Program-made: the position numbers and the translations under genes
Notes under the pieces: model-generated
Databases searched by the model: none
Seen by the model: only the letters and a program-made list of their open reading frames with translations
Told to the model about the DNA's origin: nothing
Source: Ministeria vibrans ATCC 50519
Lineage: Eukaryota > Protista > Filasterea
Length of the DNA stretch: 64,000 nt
Direction: 5' to 3'
Assembly: GCA_943704425.1 (NCBI GenBank)
Contig: CALSCP010002154.1
Location: 32,127 to 96,126, forward strand
Shown here: piece by piece, positions 10,977-22,104 of the stretch
How positions within the stretch are numbered: the first letter of the stretch is position 1
Layout of the letters: each line of letters begins with the position of its first letter

Positions 10977-13900
10977 TTAAATGTCACCGAGATTCTCATG
11001 AAAGTTGTTCCCCTCGGTGGTCATCTTGACAATGCCAACGCGAATGACAAAGTCACCAAAATGCTCGCCAGCAGTGCGCTCCGTTGCATACCGGCGCACA
11101 ATGGGTGCGAGCAGGGTCAGAATCTGCTCCTCGTTCACCGAGTCCTTGTACAGTTTGCTAAGGCGCTCGCCGCAGTGCCCGCCCCCCAAGTACATGTTGT
11201 AGATGCCCGGCGCACGCCCGACAAAGGCAATCTCAGCGACGTAGGGACGCGCACAGCCGTTGGGACAGCCCGTCATGCGAATAGTGATGGCGTCGTGACG
11301 CAGGCCCGCCTCGTCTATCAGCGCCTCAATACGTCCCACCAGTGATGGCAAGTAGCGCTCGCTCTCGGCCAGCGCCAAACCGCACGTTGGCAGCGCCACA
11401 CACGCCATCGAGTTGAGTCGCAGTCCCGTGTGCTGTGCGTGGTCCAGGAAGGGATATGTCTTGAGTGTCGCTTCAAGTGCCGCCCGTCCCTTCTCGCGCA
11501 TCCCCCCAATGATCAAGTGCTGGTTGGCCGTCAGACGGAAGTCCCCGTGGTCCGGCATCAGCTCCGTCGCCAGCTCACGCAGCGCCGTCTTGATCGGCAT
11601 ACCGGGCGTGTCGCCAATGCGCCCATTCTCAATGTACATGCCGTACGTCCAGGTGCCGTCGTGGCCTTCGTGCCAGCCAAAGCGGTCGCCGTTGCTCTTG
11701 AACGTGTACTCGCGCGACGCTTCCAACGCATAGCCCAGACGTTGCTCGACCTGCAAACGGAACCAGGCAACGCCGTGGTCCTCGAGCGTGTACTTGAGAC
11801 GCGCGTGCTTGCGATTCTGTCGGTCCCCGTGGTCCCGCTGCACCAGCATAACACTCTCGCCCACGTCAAGCACCTGCTCGGGCAGGCAGAAGCCCAGCGG
11901 CTTCGCAACGCACGGATACGTCTTCTTGTTATTATGCGTCATGCCCATGCCACCCCCAATCGTCACGTTGAAGCCTTGAAGTTCGCCCGATGCCTCGTCA
12001 ATGATCGCAATGAAGCCCAGACAATGGGCAAACACATCCGTGTCGTTGTGTGGCGGAATAGCAAACGCAATCTTGAACTTGCGCGGCAGGTACGTCGCCC
12101 CGTACAGCGGTTCAACCTCATCACCCCCCTTGGCCGCGCTCGCTGCTCCGTCCAACTGCACTGCATTTCCCGCAACCTGCAAGGTGAGAAAAAAGAAAGT
12201 TTTAATAACGTCATTATGATTGTAGTATTAATAATAATAAAATATAATAATTATTATTAATAATTATTATTATTAATTATTTTTTGTTGTTGTTTTGTTG
12301 TTATCACCTGTTTCTTTTTGCCCACTTCGTCGAGCAACCAAATCTCGTGGTAGGCAGACGTCTGCGGAGACAGGTGGGTACTGAGAGCACGTACAATGCG
12401 GTCGACCTCGGCGTGAGCGCGCGTGTCGTTAGGCGCGGGAGTGCACATGACGTTGCGGTTGACATCACCACAGGCCGCCAGCGTGTCCATTAGGGCCCGA
12501 TTGATCTCCTGAATCGACGAGCGAAGGTTCTTCTTGATGATCCCGTGCAGCTGGAAGGCCTGGCGCGTCGTCAGTTTGACGGTGCCCGAGCCGTGCGACT
12601 CGGCGAGAGCGTCCATTGCCAGGTATTGCGCGGCCGTCGAGATGCCGCCGGGCACACGAACGCGCACCATAAAGGAGAAGGCCTTCTCAAGACCGTCGCG
12701 ACGTCGTTGCTCGCGCAGGTCACGATCGTCTTGTTGGTAGATGCCATGGAACTTGGTCAGCTTGGTGTCGCGCTCGGGCAACGCACCCGTCGTCGTGTCC
12801 TGCAGTCCCTCAACAATAGTGCCACGCAAGTAGTTGCTGCCACGCTTGATGTCATCGTCGGCAATCTTGACAACAGCCGAGTTGCTGCCGTCCGCATCCG
12901 CCGCTGTCGCCACTCCAAGTGCCGCCCACAACGACGGTACCCAGGCAGCGTAGCCTGTCTCGAATCCGTCCGCGTCCTGGTCGTCACCATAGCCGATGTC
13001 GCAGAGGGGTGTCGAGCCCAGCAGCGTGAGACGCCGGTCCATGTCGACGCCCGCCTTGCAGTAGTACGCGGCATCTTCGGGTCGGGGCCAGTAGTGCGAG
13101 TCACCCATGGCAAATACGGCTGACTTGAGCGACGTGAGGTCGAGTGCCGTCGAGCTGAGCGCCTTCCAAAAGGCACGCCCGTTCGATGGGAACTCTCCCT
13201 GTCCAGCGGTCGAGACGACCACGACGAGCTGTCCCTCCCCCGGCAAATTGCTCAGCGCCGGATCTTCGCTGCAGTAGTCGTCCATGACAAGCAGTTGTGT
13301 TGGAACGCCGCGCTTAGTGCCTTCCGAGGCGATGCGTGCAGCAATCTTCTCGGCGTTGCCACCGTCCGACGAGTACAAAATGAGCGTGGGATCCGCCTTG
13401 AGACCCGACACAAGTCGCGCAAAGCTGTCCTGCAGCAGACTCGCATGATGAGCGTAACCTCGCACCAGCTCGCTACCGCCCGTCTGTGCCAGTGCCCCAT
13501 CGAGTTGCGGCTCGACGTGCGCCACGTGCGCCAAATGTTGGTCTCGCTGCAAAAACTGCTCAATGTCAGCACGTGTCTTGGCCGAGTCAAGCTGGAAGGG
13601 CTCGCCATTGCGAAGAGGATTCCAGCGGTAGAGAGGCCAGACGCCCGCATCCACCGCACGTTTTGTGGCCTGCAGCGTTGCCAAGTGACTGGCACGCGAC
13701 GCCAACGCAACTCCTTGGTCAGTGCGCACAATGGGTGCGTAAGCCAGGATCACGGCGGGTCCGTCAAACGCCTCGGCCTGCTGCACCGCTTCGAGTGCCT
13801 GAGTGTACGACCAGTGCACCGCAATGGACGCCACGTAGACGCTGCCGTAGTTCATAGCATACAGACCAATGTTCTTGCGCAACTGTCGATGTGCCCAAAG

Positions 13901-15287
13901 ACCGTCGTCGCTGTCGCTCAGCAAATCGTCGGTCGTCACCACCAACAGACGCACACGTTCGCCCGATGCCACAAGACTGTGCACACCCGACAGAGCCAGG
14001 TCGTCACCAAGACGGTCGCCGGCAAGGATCCACTTGGAGCGACGTTGCAACAAGTGCACATGATCACTTAACTCACTCACCGACTCACTCTTGACCAATC
14101 GTGTGATGGTCTCTGCGACCTCATTGCACGCGTCACTCGTGTTTGTCGCAAGCCACTGTGATAGTGCCGCGCGTAGTTCCTTGGACACCTTGCCACTACA
14201 GAGGTTGTTGAAAAAAGGAAAAAAAAAAAAACAAAAAACAAATCAGCTCCCCAAATCACATCATTCACACGTTTGCAGTCGGTCAGTTTTAAAAGTTGCG
14301 CTCTTACCTGGAGATGACAGAAGTGACACGCTGCTCAAGCTGCAGTCGCAGTGTATCGTGCGCGGCAAATTGGCCAAGGGCATTTTCGCCACTGAGGGAT
14401 GTTGCGGCGGACGCTTCGAGGTCGATGAGAGTGAGTGACTCGCGTGCAATCACTTGTTCCAGCAAGCGCAGGTAAGGCGCATAGCTCGGGTTTGCAGGAG
14501 TCCCGGTGGTGACGGAAGAGGCCACCACTGCATCCACTGTCACTGGCTGACAGATATTGAGCTGAGTCGCGTCAGGATCGTTGGCACTGGCAACAAGACG
14601 CGCTAAGTCGGCGGGAGCAACCGACGCACGACGACCATCCTGACCCACAATGGCGGCAAGGATGCGCGTGGAGGCGTCAACGCCGTCGCTGGAGGCAACA
14701 CTTGTAAAGAGCGGACCCCAAGCGACAGTGTCAAGCACGACAATGGCCTCGATGGAGGTGGACGAGGGAAGGGACGCAAGGAATCGCTGGGAATCCCACG
14801 GACGCACAAGTCGCACATGGACGAGGTGAAATTCGGGCGCAGTGGACTCCTTGGAAGCGTTGTAAAGAGCCGCAGCGCTTTCCAGCTCAACAGCTACCGC
14901 GCCAGTGGCAACCAGTACGATCACAGGCGAGGAAGCCGCAGCGGAGGCGGATGACGAGTCAAACGGACTGTACGACGAGTAGAGGTCGTGCCAGATGGCA
15001 TCAGCAGTGACAGCGGGTGCGTGTGCAGCGGCAGCGGTAGTGGCATCGTCGTCTGTGTCAATGAGCGAAAGATACAACGACGTGGGGGTGGCGGAGGCGG
15101 CTGCTGAAGACGACTCGCTGTCTTGGTGTTTGTCAGACAACTGCTTCAGGTGGTGCTGGAGTGAGGCCATGGCGACGACGGCGCTTGTGGACGCAGTCAA
15201 AGTGGATACACGAGGGTAAAAATGGACTACGGGTGTTTGCGAGCGTACTGCCATAAGGTGCGCTGAAACGGCCATGGCGGTTGATTC
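10977..15287 (-). CDS. MET5: Sulfite reductase beta (siroheme hemoprotein, Met5/Ecm17-like: PFOR-like + flavodoxin + NIR/SIR domains); expected N-terminus absent
   Basis: ILYSSDGGNAEK flavodoxin, KFHGIYQQDDRD, LTTRQAFQLHG, AACGDVNRN, YLPRKFKI, ACVALPTCGLA, TGCPNGC; acceptor at 15288 opens ESTAMAVSAHL..PVVHFY. Confidence 0.9.
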
Positions 15288-15383
15288 CTTGACAAGAAAA
15301 AAAAAAAAAAAAAAAAAAAAAACAGAAATGACAGGAGAGTGAGAAGGAGAATGAGGCGAGATCCAGGACGAGACGATGCGTAC

Positions 15384-15693
15384 CAGCGAGAAGTACTCCT
15401 TTCCGTCGACGAGCGTGCGCTTGAGTGAGGCATACGGATGATCTAGGGTGAAAACGAGCCGATGGATGAGCAAAAATGAGTTTCGGACATCCCATCACGT
15501 GAAAGATACGCCACTGTGCTCTTTGTTCGCCGAACGCCCGCCATAGACAACACACGCGTACGGCAGGATGGATTTCAGAGCGACAACTGGATCGTATGGC
15601 CCAGGAAGGGAGTGCAGTGTGTTGATGGGGGGGAGGGGGGCACACAGCGGAGTGGTCCCGCTGGCGACGCGCTTGGCTTCTCTTACCACTCAT
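15384..15693 (-). CDS. ACO1: Aconitase exons 1-2 (15687-15693, 15384-15442) encoding MSDHPYASLKRTLVDGKEYFSL
   Basis: GTAAGA and GTACGC donors, TAG acceptor; phase-0 join to 6251 gives ..YFSL|[16 protein letters not shown], matching the N-terminus of cytosolic aconitases. Confidence 0.85.
15473..15529 (-). repeat. Right arm of 57-nt inverted repeat, in aconitase intron 1
   Basis: Reverse complement of 6279-6335, 56/57 identical. Confidence 0.95.
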
Positions 15694-16130
15694 AGTAGGG
15701 GTCAGTTGAAGTTTGCTTGGTAAAGTTCACGTTTGATGAGAATTTGAATGATGAGACAATGATCACAATGTAAAGTGAGATCAGATCATTTTGATAAAAT
15801 TCCCTTAGCTTTAAGCCACAATGAATATGTATGATTGCGTCAGCCGTCACGGTCGGATTTTGTAATGATCACTGAGTCATCACTCCTGTGTCAGGTTGAC
15901 CGCAACGACGAGCGGCGTCTGCAGCGGGCTGCGGTCGGTGCACGCCGCAACTTCAGCCATTTGGATCTTGTCGAGAACGCCACACAAATCCTGCGTGAGC
16001 TCCTTGGCCGGCACACCCGCTGTGGTGCCCAAGCGCCCTGCACGAGCAAGCACACACACAAAAAAAGAACCAAGTGAGTTCTCACCCGAGTAGGGATAAA
16101 CTTGTTCGTATTTTCACGAAATGCACGAAG

Positions 16131-16187
16131 ATACGAAAATGAACGAAAATGAACGAAAATGAACGAAAATGAACGAAAATGAACGAA
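16131..16187. repeat. (GAACGAAAAT)n 10-bp tandem repeat, ~5 copies
   Basis: Directly visible. Confidence 0.85.
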
Positions 16188-16260
16188 CGATGAAAGGTTC
16201 TAATAATAATAAACAATAAAACTTAAAGACTATTCAAGATAATTATTAATAATATTGAGT

Positions 16261-19200
16261 TCAAATCACGGAGCCAAGGACTCCGCTTCCGCTGCGGTAG
16301 ATCAGAACATCGCCGTAATTTTCGGCGCCAGCCCAATCGTTCCAGACGCGTCCAATTAGAAGCGCCTGGTGGGAATGAGAAGAGTCGAGAGTGTGCAGAC
16401 GACGGCGGAGTTCTGCTGCGGAAATGACGGTCTCACCGTCACGAAAGGCAGACAGCTTGGGACCGAGTGCTTCCCAGAGAAGCTCAGTCATTCGTGTTTG
16501 ACTGTCGTCATCAGTCATGAAGGCGCTAGCATCGTCCAGCGAGCTGGAGATCATCTGGCGCGCGTAGCCAACGACCGGAGGATGAACCTGCTGCGTAATG
16601 TCGTTCTTGACCAGCGCGCCTGAGTTGCAGAAATCACAGATAATCAGGATATTGCACCCACGCCAACCAATCTCGGCATCAAGCAAACTCTGGAGCGAAA
16701 GTAAATCAAAGCGAGATGTTTTCCCGCTCGGGTTCACGCGCGCATCGCTCAAGAGTAGCCCGCCGCATTTGTCCTCGACGCCGTGCCCAATCAGCTGAAC
16801 GATCAAAAGGGAGTCCTTGCCGACACCTTCGCCCATGTCCTTGGCGAGTCGCAGAGCAGCCGTGACAATCTCCCTCCGTGTCACAACGTCGTTGGCACGC
16901 GTGTCCACCACGGTGTGAACCTTGAAACCGCGTCCGCCCCACAACTGCGCCATCCTTGACACGCTCTTGCGCACACCGGGAAGGTCTGCGTAGAGGTGGA
17001 GTGCATCATTGTTAGTGCTTTGGTAGCGACTTACACCCACCACAAGTGCACCAGCATGCGTGTACACGCAAGGAATGGTGCGCCCTACCAAAGAAAACAA
17101 TAATATTTATTATGTAGTTTCATTATAAAGTACTTTTCTTTTGCATACCAACGCTGGTTCGACCATGATCTACAATCCACCATTGCTCCAACGAGGCGTT
17201 AAAAAGTCGCTCGCCCTCGTGAGCGTAGGTGGCCAGGGCTGCAAAAACATTGCTCTCCAACAAGTAGCTCTGCGTTGACTTGGCCACTTTGTCGGGCGGA
17301 AAAAGAGGCGCATCTGCCTGAAACGGGTGTGCGGGTACAAATACGCAGTCGCCACGCCAACCCCATCGCAGAGACCGTGTCTGATTGCACACTTGCTCAC
17401 GAATTCGCTCTATCGTTCGCCACACATCATCGCTGTTCGTGTCGTCTGTCAGTTCAACACGCACAAACGGCTCGTTGTCAAACAGTCGAAGCTGAACAGG
17501 AACGCAATTCTTCATGATCATGACGCTTGTGCTTCGCTGCGTTGCCCGGATGAGGCAAGTGGGAAGAGACTCGCGCCAGAGTGCAACTACAATCAAGTGG
17601 AACGTGGCCAGTGACACAGGGAGCATCATGGAGCCTGTCGGCGTGTCCACATACTGATAGAGAAAAAGGTGGACCGGATGCACGTGGGAGACGGGCTGGT
17701 GCAAAAAAGGGGCATCGTCGGGGAGAAGCATGGGAATGAGGAGACGGTCATCACGACGAAACACCAAAGAGAGGCGTTCGAGTGAGGCCAGAAAGGCGGG
17801 CACGTCGGAGATGTCAGCACCTGCCAGCAACTGGCTGCGGTCGGGCTGTGGGGCCGACTGCGCGCGCGACTTTTGTCGACGCAATCGAGGCTTGAGGCGC
17901 TCTTTGAGGGCGATTCGGCCAGGCTTCTCCATCGCATCGGGCGCACGATGCGTCATCAATTCGTTTGCACGCTTGCTCGCTGCCGTCCACACAAGCCACT
18001 CAGCTACTTCGAACGGAAAGCCAACTTCCGACATCTCTTTCGCGGCGTCCAGCTCGCGCAGAATGCGTGAAGTGCGCCTGATGTCGAGTGCCTCTCCCGC
18101 AGAAATGACTTCATCAAGCATTGCCAGAGCACGCTTGCTCTTGGAGCGTCCCCACTGAGCCATCACAACGGAGCATAGCAGCTCAACAGCGGCCAACAGT
18201 TGAGGCACGTCAAAGATGATGACATCATCGTCGCTCACCGACACAGACGTGACGTCTGCTCGACAGACAAGGATGTCGGCCGAACTCTCCAAGTACGGGA
18301 TGAGACCATCGCGTATGGCATCATCTGACGGAAGCAGCTCGCCGAGCACAATCAGTGGTGCATCGTTGAGGGCAAGTTCGCCAAGGTTGCAGACGGGGCT
18401 CATGAGGGGAATCTTGCCGAAGCGCGTCCAGCGACCAATGAGGTCCTGTACGAACACCAGCTCTGTTGGCAGCTGGCGGTCACGTACGGCCGAGTGAAGA
18501 GCACTACTCAAGTCACGTAGGCCAATCTTTTTGGCGCTGCCGACTTGGAAAAAGCAAACGCTCTCTGTGCCCGACGGCTTCTCGACGTGGTCGCCGAGAA
18601 TAGCACCGATGCGTCGCAAAATCTCGCGGTGCGTCAGCAAGAGAAGGTCTGCTGGCACAGTGTTGTTAGGGAACGTGTCGACGTGAGTGCCGACAAGGAC
18701 AACGCGAAAATACGACATGTCAGTCGTAGGGACTTGGTGGGCGATGATGTGCGCCCACTTGGACATGTGGTCGAACTGTTGCTGAGCAGACACGGCGTTT
18801 TTCATCTCGGATAGGTCAAAGACGATAAGATACACAGATTCGGAGCCCATGAACAAGGCTGGAAGCGAGTCAAACATCGATTCCCCTGTGCGCGCGTGTG
18901 GTTGAGACGGAAGATAAAAAAAGACAGGGACAAAAAAGAGATAGTACAATTAAATCCAATACGAGATGTGTGCACACAGGTCATAAACAAGCCATCTATA
19001 TAAATTATAATGCATACCGGCAAAGTCGAATGTGTCCAAGTCAACGTGCTTTTCTTGCAGCTTACTCTCAAGGAGCCCTCGCGCTTGGTCCATTGTCTCG
19101 GTGAAGACGTGTGAAGGGCCGATAGGTGGCATTGAGCCGCTGCTGGATTGTTGGGAAGTCGCGCGCGAAAGGGAGCGATGGCCATAGGCAGTTGATGAAG

Positions 19201-20795
19201 GGGAGGACGTTGAGCGTGTGAGAGACTTTTGACGAGAGAGGTCACAGCTACTGACGACAATGGCAGGCGATACGCGTCGGGATAGCGGCCGCGAAACGCT
19301 TTCATCACAGCTGCTGCGACGGGTAGAGACGAGTTCGACGTCATCGTCGTTCCACACGGAATCCTCTTCAATCTCAGTCTGCTTCTCGTCCCATGTATCG
19401 CGCCGCGCCAGAGGCTGCCCCAGCCCACTGCTCTCACTAAATCTACGCTTTTCTGCGGAGATTTCCGCAGCAATGAGACTCGCCAGATGAGACTCTTCTT
19501 GAGGAACTGCCTGAAAGTACCCTGTGTCGGGGTTGAAGACCATTCGCAGACGGTGTATACGCGTCGCCACAGAGCGGTCGTCCTCGCCGGGCAAGGCCTC
19601 ACCCATCATTGCCGCCACGAGCGCACTTTTTCCTGCCATTGGCGCGCCAAGGAAAAGCAGCTTGATCGATTTGGAGACGACTGAACCACGAGACAGGGCC
19701 GCCGTGAACGCCAGATGGTATGCAAGCGCCCTGTTTTCGTGAGGGGAAAAAATAACAAAAAAGAAGAGGAGGAAAATAAGAAGAAAGTTATGTAGTGTTC
19801 CGTCACTGTCCATGTACAAGCTGTAGTTCATGTAGAATGTGTATCCTTACGGAATATTGGTCCATGTGAAGGAAGAGCCGTTTTCGCAGTGCGCAATGAG
19901 CGCTTTCGTGGTCTTCTTAAACTCCAATTTGGTCACGACACTAAGTACGTGTTCAAGTTAAAAAAAAAGGAATTAATAAGAAAGAGCAATAGACGTAAGT
20001 AGAATGCAAAAGAGTAAGTAATGATAATTACTCTGTAAGAGGAGAGTCATGGCATACCTGGCGCAATCGGTGAGGGTCGTGATTTGCGATCCATGTACAA
20101 GGGTCCACACTTTGATTGTGTGATCATACGAGCAAGAGAAAAAGGTGACACCATCTCCCATAATGCAGACTCGACGAGCAGCGCTGCAGTGATAAAGCAA
20201 AACAGTAATAATTATTTAGAATTAAATATTGTATGTTATGTGGAATATTGGGTCATACTCGGTGTGCGCGGCAAAAGAGCGAAGGCATGCGCCAGTTTGA
20301 ATGTCCCACACTTTGACTGTCTCGTCAAGTGACCCGCTGACCACGCCTGCCTCTTCTGTTGGCGTAAACACTGCACATCGCACTCCTCTACGTATGCGCA
20401 GTCAAAAGTCAATAAGTGTCTCATATGTATCTATGTGTGTGCGCATGTGTGTACATATGCGTATTAATTATTGTGAGTGATATTAATACTCGCGTAATTA
20501 ATAATTATTATTATTATTATAATTATTATATTTTGGGTGTACGCGTGAGTGTGTAAACATCATGCCGTGCGTTTTTGTGTGCAAAAGAGAGACAGTGTAT
20601 ACATGTAAAAGAATTAATTATCACTAGTAATTCTTCGTTACTTTGTATGACCGACGAAAGACTTTGTGCACTCGCCAGACTCGACAGACCACAGCTTCAC
20701 TGTCATGTCGTCTGATGCACTCAATATGTTCAGTCCATTGTGATCAAATACGCACGACCAGATCCACCTAACACAAGCAAGAAAACGGTTATATG

Positions 20796-20838
<43 letters not shown>

Positions 20839-21726
20839 GTTATTATTATTATTATTATTATTATAATTATTTTAGCAGTACGAGTTGTGGCCGCTCAATG
20901 TCATCACGCACACGCCCAAATCAATGTCCCACAGTTTCATAGTGCAGTCATTCGAGGCGCTGAGCACTTTTGTCTGGTCTGGAGAGAGTGCCACGTCCCA
21001 AATCTCACTGTCGCAAAAAAGAATGCAATGGGATGTATGGCAAAACAAACAAATTGCGACTCTTTTGTGTACCCTTCATGGCCTTCGAATGATGACAGAC
21101 ATTCGCCCGTGCGGAGGTCCCATATTTTCACAGTCTTGTCGTACGAGCCGCTTGCAGCCCGAGTGCCATCGGGAAAGAGAACGCCGCAACCAACGCTTCT
21201 AGGGGAAGAATAGCAGTCAACGAGACACCGTTCACCGAACGTACGCGTTCACCCAACTCTCGCGGCGTAACGTACTGGCTGTGGCCATGAAGCGTCACGC
21301 AGCAAGCGCCACTCTCAAAGTCCCACACTTTCAAAGTTTCATCTCGAGAAGCACTCAATATGGTGTTGCCCGTGGTAGAGATGTCGACGGAGAAGATAGG
21401 CCTACGGAAAAAGAAAAAAAAGCAAAGCGGAAGTGGGTGGGTGAAAGCTTTATTGTCCACGTAAAAACATACCCGTGGTGTCCTGTGAGCGACCGAACAC
21501 ACTGAAAGTCCTTTACAGACCAGATCTTTACTTCTCTGTTGGCGCCGCCGCTGACTAGCCACTCTTCATCGGCGCTGAGCGCGACGTCGAATATCGCAGC
21601 TGAGTCGTGCAAAACCTCAAGCGGACAGCCGATCTCGCTACTGCCACCACTTTCTGGGCTAAACAAGACAACATCTGACTTGTTACTGTAAGCTAAAACG
21701 TCTTCGTCAATGCGAACAAACGGCAT
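16261..21726 (-). CDS. WD40-Roc-COR-caspase/metacaspase-like (C14) multidomain protein, ~1458 aa, 11 exons
   Basis: Exons 21473-21726, 21276-21401, 21073-21198, 20882-21007, 20642-20767, 20259-20387, 20058-20183, 19851-19940, 19018-19730, 17149-18885, 16261-17084 join in frame (4377 nt). WD40 GH..WD repeats; Roc GAPMAGKS, DFAG, VYLIVFDL, VGTHVD; protease ALVVGVSRY, LIGHG, ICDFCNSG. Confidence 0.85.
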
Positions 21727-22104
21727 TTGAAAAAAAAAATAAAACATTTAGACAACAAATCTATAATCATAGTAAACAATTAATATGTGGCGTTACTTGC
21801 TTGTTTGGCCATCGGTCAAACCATCTGCTCTCTCAATACTTCTTAAACTTGTATCTGAGTAATTTCCCGTGCCTCAAAAATGAATCTGAGCTCTTTGTGT
21901 TGTGCTTTTTTTGCATTGCAGTTGAAAATGTAAAAATTTAACAATTTGCCTAAACACTGCACAAAAACAAAATCACGGCACGAATGGCAGGAGCTGTGAT
22001 CCGGCTCAGAACATACACGCATATCACTACGTCTTTGCATACATGACGCTTCTAACCTCCTCGCTCACTTGCATGACAGACACAGAAAACAAAAACGCTA
22101 CAAT

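Noticed and set aside
6336-15472. Invertible DNA switch or transposon bounded by the 57-bp inverted repeats
   Set aside because: No recombinase, transposase or target-site duplication; inversion would join exon 1 out of frame to the Met10 exon and yield no sensible product.
15505-15525. Iron-responsive element (CAGUG) in aconitase intron 1
   Set aside because: CAGUGG is present, but the 5-bp upper stem and bulged C of a canonical IRE cannot be formed, and the site is intronic.
15821-16093. Possible small spliced gene divergent from aconitase
   Set aside because: A GC-rich patch with splice-like signals, but no recognisable protein or convincing terminal exon.
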